A DNA stretch of 19,895 bases from the NCBI GenBank assembly GCA_964014485.1, contig CAXHAT010000150.1, forward strand, positions 1 through 19,895, read 5' to 3'. The notes below the pieces were generated by a model, which saw only the letters and a list, made by a program, of their open reading frames with translations, did no database searches and was not told where the DNA came from. The translations under genes and the position numbers were made by a program. Shown here in pieces: positions 8,382 through 16,168 of this stretch (positions are counted from its first letter, which is position 1; each line of letters opens with the position of its first letter). Source of the stretch: an uncultured Deferribacteres bacterium (GTDB lineage Bacteria > Zhuqueibacterota > Zhuqueibacteria > Zhuqueibacterales > Geothermadaptataceae).

Positions 8382-9818
8382 ATGCTCATGCTGAGAAGGA
8401 TCTCGCCTATAAAGTATGTTCTCCTTTGCTTAGACGTCATTTCGATTTGGTCGGCGGCAGGGTTTACCATTTTGCTGCACTACAGAGCAAACCTGCACGA
8501 TTTGGTCAATGCTTTTCAAGCGTATGACCTGCTGATCATTGGCCTTATCGGCACGGCGGTCTTACCGCTTGCGTTCAAATCGCGAGACCTTTATAAGCAC
8601 TCCCTTTACCGCAAAAAAGCGGATCAATTCACGGAAATTCTCAAATCGATCCTGATTGCTTTTTGCATCCCCGTGATTGTTTTCCTGTTTTTTGCCGGAT
8701 ATTATATTGAGCCTTCGCGCTACGCCATCTCAATTTATTTTGCTTCTCTCCTGTTCATGCTGGTTTTGAACCGCCTGGTATTTTTTCGGAAATACATTCT
8801 ACGGCGGCTTCAGGAGAGCGCGATCTTTCGCAATCGCATTTTGATTGTCGGCGCAGGCGAAGCCGGGCAAAAATTGCTGACCAGCATCGTGCAAGAAAGT
8901 CTCGTGCACGACCCAATCGGTTTTTTGGATGATGATCCTGAAAAACAAGACCTGACCCTTTTTGGCAGAAAAGTCCTCGGCAAAATCGCTGATCTGGAAA
9001 CGATTCTAAAAAAGAATCCCGTCGATGAAATTGTCATCGCGATCAACTCCATCGATTACGAAAAAATTATCGATATTTTCAGCCGGTGCAAGAATTCACA
9101 CCGAAGAATTTCCATCGCCAGTAAGCACTTTGAAGTGGTTTCCAAGGAAGCGGTTCTGGCGGAAAACGAAAACTTTCCGTCTGCAACTTTCAATTTTGTA
9201 GACATGCCCGGCTATAAAGGTTTTCTGAAAACGCTCTGCGACAAATTGATCGCTCTGACTATTCTCCTTATCCTGACTCCGCTTTGGCTCGTTTTCGCTT
9301 CCCTGATAAAACTGACTTCTAAGGGCCCGGTTTTTTTCAAAACCACGGTCATCGGAAAGCACGGCAGGCCTTTCGTTTGGTATAAATTCCGCACAATGCG
9401 TCACGCCGCTGATGATTCGATTCATCGCGAGCATGTCGCTGACATTATTCGCAACGGTAAAAACGGCAAAAAAATCAAGGCGGATCCGAGAATCACCAAA
9501 ATCGGCGCGTTCCTGCGCAAATTCAGTCTCGATGAATTCCCGCAGCTCATCAACGTGATTCGCGGCGAGATGAGCCTGGTCGGGCCGCGTCCTTGCCTGC
9601 CGTACGAATACGAGCTTTACAAAGAATGGCACAAAAAACGTTTCGAAGTTACCCCGGGCGTGACTGGCTTGTGGCAGGTTTTTGGTCGCAACAAGGTCAC
9701 TTTCGATGAAATGGTCGTGTTGGACATCTACTACTCGGAAAATTATTCTTTTTGGTTAGATTTCAGGATATTGTTTAACACCGCGCGCGTGGTGTTCTCG
9801 GGCTTGGGCGGCGCTTGA
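8382..9818 (+). CDS. Large polyprenyl-phosphate sugar phosphotransferase (WcaJ/WbaP-like initiating transferase)
   Basis: N-terminal hydrophobic helices, Rossmann-like [10 protein letters not shown]...GFLDDD domain, and C-terminal [45 protein letters not shown]. Confidence 0.95.
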   Translation: MLMLRRISPIKYVLLCLDVISIWSAAGFTILLHYRANLHDLVNAFQAYDLLIIGLIGTAVLPLAFKSRDLYKHSLYRKKADQFTEILKSILIAFCIPVIVFLFFAGYYIEPSRYAISIYFASLLFMLVLNRLVFFRKYILRRLQESAIFRNRILIVGAGEAGQKLLTSIVQESLVHDPIGFLDDDPEKQDLTLFGRKVLGKIADLETILKKNPVDEIVIAINSIDYEKIIDIFSRCKNSHRRISIASKHFEVVSKEAVLAENENFPSATFNFVDMPGYKGFLKTLCDKLIALTILLILTPLWLVFASLIKLTSKGPVFFKTTVIGKHGRPFVWYKFRTMRHAADDSIHREHVADIIRNGKNGKKIKADPRITKIGAFLRKFSLDEFPQLINVIRGEMSLVGPRPCLPYEYELYKEWHKKRFEVTPGVTGLWQVFGRNKVTFDEMVVLDIYYSENYSFWLDFRILFNTARVVFSGLGGA

Positions 9819-9838
9819 TCTCTAAGCGACCGTTTGAT

Positions 9839-10045
9839 AGTCCTGGAAGGACGATTGATAATAGCCAGGCGATTTATCGCCTGGAGCCAAAGGTCTTGCA
9901 TGATTTTAAGTCCCGTCAGGGACGATTGAGACTGTGGGAGCGCGACAAAACTTCATTCGTCCCTGACGGGACTACGGTGACAAACAAAACGTTGTCTGCC
10001 CCAGGAGTTCACTCCTGGGCTATTTTCGACCGTCCCTACGGGACT
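9839..10045. repeat. Four-arm palindromic REP/MITE-like element (family G)
   Basis: Perfect 17-bp inner inverted repeat agtcccgtcagggacga (9909-9925) / tcgtccctgacgggact (9957-9973). Outer arms 9839-9884 and 10000-10045 are related and inverted, each with an 8-bp hairpin and a TTYA loop. Confidence 0.85.
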
Positions 10046-10077
10046 TTCAAGAGAGCCGCAAGAACGTCACAAAAAAA

Positions 10078-10164
10078 CTAAAGTGTGAACTACAAACCAC
10101 TGTGCCTGCGCTTTCGCTCTGAGTGTTGGAAAAGCACCGTCGTTTGTAGTTCAATCTTCAGATT
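10078..10164. repeat. Inverted pair of GTAG-type REP-like sequences (family H)
   Basis: tgaactacaaac (10086-10097) / gtttgtagttca (10142-10153) form a perfect 12-bp IR. The second copy is GTAG followed by the hairpin caatc-ttca-gattg. Confidence 0.7.
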
Positions 10165-10245
10165 GTCCTCTGCCGCGCGGCCTGCTCTCAAAGCCAGAGA
10201 GCTTGATTTTCGAAAACGTTGATTCTAACCGAAAGGCCGTTCAAA

Positions 10246-11253
10246 ATGATCACAATTGGCGTTGTCGGCGCGGGCTATTGGGGCGCAAACATCATCCGCA
10301 CCTTCGCAAATCTCAATTCTTGCCGACTAAAAACCGTCGCCGATCCAAAATCGGGCAGGCGGGATTTTGTTCAAAACACTTTTCCAAGCGTTGAAGCCGT
10401 CGAAGACTTTCGGCAGATTTTGCGCGACCCTGCAATTGATGCGGTGAGCATCGCAACGCCGGTCAATACGCACTTTGAGGTCGCGAAAGAGGCGCTGCTG
10501 GCGGACAAGCACGTTTACGTCGAAAAGCCGTTTACGCATTCCGGCGAGAGCGCACGAAAATTGGTTGAGCTGGCGGAGGAACGCGGCAAGAAAATTCTCG
10601 TCGGGCACTTGTTTTTGTACCATCCCGTTATCAAGACTTTGAAAGAACTTATCGACGCGGGCCGGATCGGTGATTTGTATTGCATTGAAGCGCGGCGTAT
10701 GAATTTGCGGCCTCCGGTCAGCAGCGTCAACGTTGTTTGGGATTTGGCGCCGCATGATTTTTCGATCATCAATTATTTATTTGGCGAAAAACCGAAGCGT
10801 TTGCGGGCGCACGGGCGTGCGTTTAAAAATCCTGAATTGGCGGACAATGTCGTCGTCACTTTGGAGTATTCAAAAAACCGTTGCGCCGAAGTTTACGTGA
10901 ATTGGCTCAACTCCGACAAGACGCGCCGGATGACAATCTTTGGTGCGGCGGGATCGATTGCGTACGATGATATTCAGCCGGTGGATAAAATCCGCGTTTA
11001 CGGCGAAGGAATCGACTCGCGCATTGGCGCGAAAGACGACGAAGCGGTGCAATTGGCCTACAAGCCCGGCGACATTGTCGTCCCGTCCATTCCTGGCGGG
11101 CAACCGCTCGATCTTGAGTGCCGCCATTTCATCGAGTGCATCGAAAACGATCTGCCAATCCTGAGCGACGGCGAAAACGGCTACGACGTCGTCCGAACCC
11201 TCGAGTGCGTCGACGCCTCATTGGCGAAGGACGGCGCGTGGGTGGAATTGTAG
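10246..11253 (+). CDS. Gfo/Idh/MocA oxidoreductase (putative NDP-sugar 3-dehydrogenase, WbpB/WlbA/RifL-like)
   Basis: IGVVGAGYWG, IATP..TH, HVYVEKPF, VGHLFLY and WDLAPHD. ATG 10246 is preferred over TTG 10219. Confidence 0.9.
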   Translation: MITIGVVGAGYWGANIIRTFANLNSCRLKTVADPKSGRRDFVQNTFPSVEAVEDFRQILRDPAIDAVSIATPVNTHFEVAKEALLADKHVYVEKPFTHSGESARKLVELAEERGKKILVGHLFLYHPVIKTLKELIDAGRIGDLYCIEARRMNLRPPVSSVNVVWDLAPHDFSIINYLFGEKPKRLRAHGRAFKNPELADNVVVTLEYSKNRCAEVYVNWLNSDKTRRMTIFGAAGSIAYDDIQPVDKIRVYGEGIDSRIGAKDDEAVQLAYKPGDIVVPSIPGGQPLDLECRHFIECIENDLPILSDGENGYDVVRTLECVDASLAKDGAWVEL

Positions 11254-11273
11254 AAAAGTGTGAGCGGCTATTC

Positions 11274-11350
11274 TTTTGACTGGATCAACGGGATTAACTG
11301 GATGAAGAAATGAGAGAACAATTCAGTCGATCCCGTGAATCCCGTGAAAA
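11274..11350. repeat. Imperfect inverted repeat built from 9-bp subunits (family B, AC(G/T)GGATT)
   Basis: ttttgactggatcaacgggattaactggat (11274-11303) vs attcagtcgatcccgtgaatcccgtgaaaa (11321-11350). A second copy lies at 17776-17861. Confidence 0.75.
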
Positions 11351-11413
11351 ACGACTCATCCCAACCCGGACGAGCCGGAACCAAGCGGCAACAGGCACTC
11401 AACCTCATGACTG

Positions 11414-11704
11414 AACGCAGAGACGCAGAGATCGGAGAGCTTCGCAGAGTTTTTTTTAAACAAAAATCTGGAGATATGTTTTTGCGGTATCTTACTTTGG
11501 AACTCTGCGGGATTGAACTCAAAGTTAAAGATTCTCTGCGCATCTCTGCGTTTTGGAAAGTTTTACCAAGTTTTGGCAAAAAATAACTCAACAGACACTA
11601 AACGACATGGAGCTGAAGAACTCAAAAGAGTTGAGCGCTTTCGATTTCGTGTCCAACAAAAAAGAAAACTCTGCGACGCTCTGCATCTCAGCGCTCTCTG
11701 CGTT
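11414..11704. repeat. AACGCAGAG.../...CTCTGCGTT inverted-repeat family (family A): one left arm and two right arms
   Basis: aacgcagagacgcagagatcggagagcttcgcagag (11414-11449), ctctgcgcatctctgcgtt (11534-11552) and ctctgcgacgctctgcatctcagcgctctctgcgtt (11669-11704). Confidence 0.75.
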
Positions 11705-11729
11705 TAAAAACGAACGTTGAAATAACGAA

Positions 11730-12293
11730 ATGAACACTCCTTTTGTCCACGAAAAAGCGATTTGCGAATCGGAAACCATCGGTGCAGGCACGCGGATTTG
11801 GGCGTTTTCGCATGTCATGTCCGGGGCGCGAATCGGGCGGGACTGCAACATCGGCGAGCATTGTTTTGTTGAAAACGATGTGGTGATCGGCGATTCCTGC
11901 GTGATCAAAAACAACATCGCCGTTTGGGACGGCGTGCGTATGGAAGACCGCGTTTTTCTCGGCCCAAACGTCGTTTTGACCAACGACCTTCGCCCGCGCG
12001 CAAAAGCTTTTTCGGAAAAATTCATCCCGACGCATTTTCTTGACGGCGCCAGCGTCGGCGCGAACGCAACGATCGTTTGCGGCGTGACGATCGGGCGATG
12101 GGCAATGGTCGGCGCTGGTTCCGTTGTCACCAAAAACGTGCCGGACTTCGCGCTGGTTTACGGCAGTCCGGCGCGCCTGCGCGGATTCGTCTGCATGTGC
12201 GCCAAAGATTTGGATTTTTCGGACAACAAGGCGGTTTGTGAATGCGGTGAGGAATATCGCAAGGAATCGCCGCATAAAATTATGTTGGTTTAA
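11730..12293 (+). CDS. Hexapeptide-repeat (left-handed beta-helix) sugar N-acyltransferase, WbpD/WlbB/FdtC-like
   Basis: IGAGTRIWAFSHV..GARIGRDCNIG, GPNVVLTND..PR, GANATIVCG..IG..AMVGAGSVVTK.VP, G.PAR and a C-terminal Cys cluster CMC...CECG. Confidence 0.92.
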   Translation: MNTPFVHEKAICESETIGAGTRIWAFSHVMSGARIGRDCNIGEHCFVENDVVIGDSCVIKNNIAVWDGVRMEDRVFLGPNVVLTNDLRPRAKAFSEKFIPTHFLDGASVGANATIVCGVTIGRWAMVGAGSVVTKNVPDFALVYGSPARLRGFVCMCAKDLDFSDNKAVCECGEEYRKESPHKIMLV

Positions 12294-12295
12294 TG

Positions 12296-12368
12296 AAGGC
12301 AAAATGATGGTAGGCAAAACCATTAACGTGTTTAAAATTAATGATTTTTCCTGCCATTATTTTGTCTT
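12296..12368. repeat. Inverted repeat (family D, GGCAAAATGAT...)
   Basis: 12296-12325 matches the reverse complement of 12339-12368 at 25/30 positions. Three of the five mismatches are G-U pairs on the + strand. Confidence 0.75.
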
Positions 12369-12453
12369 TGAAAGTTTCTTTGCTCTTTGAAGCATTTATA
12401 GATTCTGTCTAATCCATTACTCCAATTTCAAAATCTAGCAAGGATGCTATAAA

Positions 12454-13566
12454 ATGAAAATTCTCGTAACCGGCGGCGCCGGTTTTATTGGATCGCATAC
12501 AGTTGACGGATTGCTAAAAAGAGGACACAGCGTCCGCATTCTCGACTGTTTGCAGCAGCCGGTTCATCTCAAAGGCAAGCCGGATTACATTCCCAAAGAA
12601 GCTGAATTTATTTTTGGCGACGTGCGCGACAAAGCGACGCTCACCTACGCCCTCGAGGGCGTGGACGCAGTTTATCATTTCGCCGCTTATCAAGATTATC
12701 TCCCCGATTTCAGCACATATTTTGACGTTAACAGCGTGAGCACGGCGCTGATTTACGAAATCATTGTCGAGAAAAAGCTGCCGGTGCAAAAAGTCATCGT
12801 CGCTTCGTCGCAGGCGGTGCTTGGCGAAGGATTGTATCGCTCCTCGGCGTGTGATGAATTCGTGCCGAACATCCGCTCCGCCGAGCAGCTCGCGCGCGGC
12901 GATTGGGAACATCGCTGCCCCGATACTGGAGACGCGCTGCACTGGGCGCGCACGCCGGAAACGTGCTACAATCCGCAAAATCAGTATGCTTTGTCCAAAC
13001 ATTCCGAGGAGAGCATCGCCGTTCATTTGGGACGGCGATACGAAATTCCTTCAGTGGCCATGCGCTATTCCATCGTGCAAGGGCCGCGACAGTCGTTCTA
13101 CAACGCCTATTCCGGCGCCATGCGGATATTCGCGCTCCATCTCTATTTCAAAAAGCGCCCGATGATTTACGAAGACGGCAAGCAAATTCGCGACTATATC
13201 AACTATCGCGACGTGGTCGCCGCCAACCTGCTTGTGCTCGAAAACGAGCGCGCCGACTACCAGGTTTTCAACGTCGGCGGCGGCGAGCCTTACACCGTGA
13301 ATGAATTTTATGAGATTTTGCAGGAAGAAACCGGACATTATCAAGAACCGGTGCTGGACAATTTTTACCGTTTCGGCGACACGCGCAACATTTGTTCAGA
13401 CGTCTCGAAATTGCAAAGCCTGGGCTGGAAGCCCAAAAGTACAATTCAGGAAAGCGTCCGGGAATATTGGCGCTATCTCAACGAACAATCTGACATCGAA
13501 GACATTCTCGAGTATGCGGAAAAACGCATGAAGCATTTGAATGTCGTTCGCAAAGCGGGAGATTAA
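12454..13566 (+). CDS. NAD-dependent epimerase/dehydratase (extended SDR)
   Basis: ILVTGGAGFIGSH, ASS, catalytic YALSK, GPRQ and DGKQIRDY. Confidence 0.93.
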   Translation: MKILVTGGAGFIGSHTVDGLLKRGHSVRILDCLQQPVHLKGKPDYIPKEAEFIFGDVRDKATLTYALEGVDAVYHFAAYQDYLPDFSTYFDVNSVSTALIYEIIVEKKLPVQKVIVASSQAVLGEGLYRSSACDEFVPNIRSAEQLARGDWEHRCPDTGDALHWARTPETCYNPQNQYALSKHSEESIAVHLGRRYEIPSVAMRYSIVQGPRQSFYNAYSGAMRIFALHLYFKKRPMIYEDGKQIRDYINYRDVVAANLLVLENERADYQVFNVGGGEPYTVNEFYEILQEETGHYQEPVLDNFYRFGDTRNICSDVSKLQSLGWKPKSTIQESVREYWRYLNEQSDIEDILEYAEKRMKHLNVVRKAGD

Positions 13567-13569
13567 ATC

Positions 13570-14559
13570 GTGATCATCACCCAAACGCCGCTGCGCATCA
13601 GTTTCGCGGGCGGCGGCACCGATCTGAGTGAGTTTTACCGCAGAGAAGGGGGCGCGGTTCTCAGCACGGCGATTGACAAATATATTTTTGTCATCGTCAA
13701 GGAGCGCTTTGACGACAAAATCTACGTGAATTCCACGCGCAAGGAAATCGTCGATTCCATCGATGATCTGAAGCACGAACTGGTGCGCGAAGCCATGCGC
13801 ATGGCGGGCGTCACCAAGGGCGTGGAAATCACCATGCTTGCGGATATTCCTTCAGAAGGATCGGGTTTGGGTTCTTCCAGCAGTTTGACGGTGGGACTTT
13901 TGAACGCTTTTTACATCTTCCAGAGCGAACAAGTTACGCCCGAGCGCCTGGCGCGCGAAGCGAGCGAAATCGAGATCGAGATTTGCGGAAAGCCGATTGG
14001 GAAACAGGATCAATACATCGCGGCGTACGGCGGGACGCGGGAAATCTTTTTTCACAAGGACGACAGCGTTGAAACGAGAAAATTACATTTATCTCCGCCG
14101 GAATTTCGCAAATTGGGCTCGGAGTTACTATTATTTTTCACGGATTTAACAAGAAAGTCCGAAGATATTCTGACGGAGCAGAAAGCCAAGACCGCGAACA
14201 AGATGGCGCAACTGCGCGAACTCAAGAATTTCGTGCCGCACGTACGCGAAGCTGTTGTCACCCGAAATTATCCGCGAATCGGCGAACTGCTCCACACAAG
14301 CTGGCAGATCAAAAGTCAGCTTGCGAGTAAAATTTCCAACGATAGGATCGAAGAACTTTATGATAGAGCTCGAAATGCTGGCGCTCTTGGCGGAAAGGTT
14401 GCCGGAGCTGGCGGCGGCGGTTTTCTGCTTCTCTATGTACCACGCGACAGACAAGAGACGGTGCGGCAAGCGCTTAAGGATTTGCGCGAGCTTCCGTTTC
14501 TCCTCGAACAGGATGGCAGCAAGGTTATCTTTAATCAAAGAAGATACCCGGCGCGGTAA
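13570..14559 (+). CDS. hddA: GHMP kinase, D-glycero-alpha-D-manno-heptose-7-phosphate kinase-like
   Basis: TPLRISFAGGGTD, P..GSGLGSSS, GKQDQY and GGKVAGAGGGGF. Adjacent to gmhA-gmhB. GTG start. Confidence 0.85.
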   Translation: MIITQTPLRISFAGGGTDLSEFYRREGGAVLSTAIDKYIFVIVKERFDDKIYVNSTRKEIVDSIDDLKHELVREAMRMAGVTKGVEITMLADIPSEGSGLGSSSSLTVGLLNAFYIFQSEQVTPERLAREASEIEIEICGKPIGKQDQYIAAYGGTREIFFHKDDSVETRKLHLSPPEFRKLGSELLLFFTDLTRKSEDILTEQKAKTANKMAQLRELKNFVPHVREAVVTRNYPRIGELLHTSWQIKSQLASKISNDRIEELYDRARNAGALGGKVAGAGGGGFLLLYVPRDRQETVRQALKDLRELPFLLEQDGSKVIFNQRRYPAR

Positions 14560-14585
14560 GGACGACCTCAGGAGAACACAATACT

Positions 14586-15806
14586 ATGACCACGACTAAA
14601 AGCTACTTTGACAGTTACATCTTTGGACTAAAGTCGGCTCTGGATGAAATTGATTTTGATACCGTAGACAATATTATTCAAACCTTGCTGATCGCGCGAC
14701 AGAACGATCAGCAAGTTTTCGTAATCGGCAACGGCGGCAGCGCCGCGGCCGCCTCGCACTTTGCCTGCGATTTGGGCAAAGGCACGATTCGCGAAAACGA
14801 TCCGCATTTCAAACGATTTCGCGCCCTCAGTCTCACCGACAACGTCGCGCTGATGACGGCCATCGGCAACGACATTTCTTACGACGATATTTTCACCGAA
14901 CAACTCAAAAATTATCTCAATCCCGGCGACGTGGTGATCGCGATCACGGCTTCGGGCAATTCGCCCAACGTGGTCAAAGCGCTGGAATACGCCAATGCTT
15001 GCGATGCGATGACCATCGGCTTGCTCGGCTTTGGCGGCGGCAAGTCCGCAAAGTTGGCGGACATGAGTTTGGTCGCGTCCAGCTATAACTACGGCATCGC
15101 GGAAGATTTCCATCTCATCATGAATCACGTTTTGACGCAGATCGTCCGCCGCCTGCTCAGCAGCCAGGAAGAGCGCGTCGTTTTTCTGGATCGCGACGGC
15201 GTGATCAACGTCAAAAGGGAAAACGATTACGTCAAAAGCTGGGACGAATTTGAGTTTGTCCCCGGTGCGGTTGAAACGCTCAAAACGGTTTATGACATGG
15301 GTTATAAACTCGTCGTGCTCACCAACCAGCAGGGCGTTGGCAAGGGCGTGATGAGTGAGACCGCGCTGAACGAAATCCACCAAAAAATGACCGCCGCTTT
15401 GCACGAAAACGGCGTGCGTCTCGAAAAAATCATCCATTGCGCGCATCTGGAAAAAGACGGCTGCGAGTGCCGCAAGCCCGGCCCCGGCATGTTTTACCGC
15501 GCGCACAATGAATTGAACTTCAATTTCAATCTTGGCGAGAGCTTTTTTATCGGGGATTCCGTCTCAGACGTTCAGGCTGGCAACGCTGTTGGCTGCCAAA
15601 CGATATTCCTCGGCCCGCCGCGCGAGTTTCCGACGGACGGCGTTCCCAATGCGCACGTCCAAAAAATCGATCAAGTCATCAAACATCTTCCCAAGCTTCA
15701 CACCAACGGCAAACTGCAAGCCGGCGTTAGCGCGCGTTTGAACGGCAAAACCGTTCGCCCCAAAACGCGCCGCGTTCTCAACGGCCTTGCTCCAGCCGCT
15801 GTTTAG
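14586..15806 (+). CDS. gmhA-gmhB: Fusion of sedoheptulose-7-phosphate isomerase (GmhA, SIS domain) and heptose-1,7-bisphosphate phosphatase (GmhB, HAD-IIIA)
   Basis: SIS: GNGGSAA.ASHFA.DL, TAIGND..Y..IF, SGNSPNV, EDFH. HAD: FLDRDGVIN, TNQ.G, CAH....CECRKP.PGM, IGDS.SD..AG. RBS AGGAG. Confidence 0.93.
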   Translation: MTTTKSYFDSYIFGLKSALDEIDFDTVDNIIQTLLIARQNDQQVFVIGNGGSAAAASHFACDLGKGTIRENDPHFKRFRALSLTDNVALMTAIGNDISYDDIFTEQLKNYLNPGDVVIAITASGNSPNVVKALEYANACDAMTIGLLGFGGGKSAKLADMSLVASSYNYGIAEDFHLIMNHVLTQIVRRLLSSQEERVVFLDRDGVINVKRENDYVKSWDEFEFVPGAVETLKTVYDMGYKLVVLTNQQGVGKGVMSETALNEIHQKMTAALHENGVRLEKIIHCAHLEKDGCECRKPGPGMFYRAHNELNFNFNLGESFFIGDSVSDVQAGNAVGCQTIFLGPPREFPTDGVPNAHVQKIDQVIKHLPKLHTNGKLQAGVSARLNGKTVRPKTRRVLNGLAPAAV

Positions 15807-15838
15807 AAACAAGCATTATCTCTTATTCAGCAAATCGC

Positions 15839-16125
15839 GCGAAGCGCGCGTTATTCCCCCTTCTTCAAGGATGGACAGTTTTTTCTCGTTCCCATGCTTT
15901 GCGTGGGAATGCAGTTCCGGGGCGCTTCGCGCCCATTCTCTTCGCGGACTGTTTCGCTCGCTATACCGCGCGAGAGCGGCGCGAAGCGCCTGGGCTGCAT
16001 TCCAACGCGAAGCATTGGAACGAGAAATCAGGATTTTGCGCTCGAAGCCCGAGTTTGTCGATGAGCCGGTGAAAAAACTGTCCGCCCCTGAATCCCCTTC
16101 GAAGGGGGGAATTTAGGCGCTTCGC
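15839..16125. repeat. Nested inverted-repeat element: a complete family C REP doublet inside a family E element
   Basis: Inner arms 15882-15934 / 15978-16027. Outer arms ggacagttttttc (15873-15885) / gaaaaaactgtcc (16071-16083), attcccccttc / gaaggggggaat, and gcgaagcgc (15839-15847) / gcgcttcgc (16117-16125). Palindrome ccccttcgaagggg at 16094-16107. Confidence 0.88.
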
Positions 16126-16168
16126 ACCAATGCCGACGGATTGCATCCGCCAACAAGTTTTTCAACAA

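Noticed and set aside
9815..10081. 88-aa ORF
   Set aside because: It coincides with the palindromic element, has a TTG start and shows no protein-like motif.
11268..11707. Small ORFs 11268-11591(-), 11335-11586(+) and 11513-11707(+)
   Set aside because: They are translations of family A/B repeats with no recognisable domains.
15787..16146. ORFs 15787-16116(+) and 15961-16146(-)
   Set aside because: They are repeat-derived. The FSFPCFAWECS-like peptides simply reflect the family C sequence.
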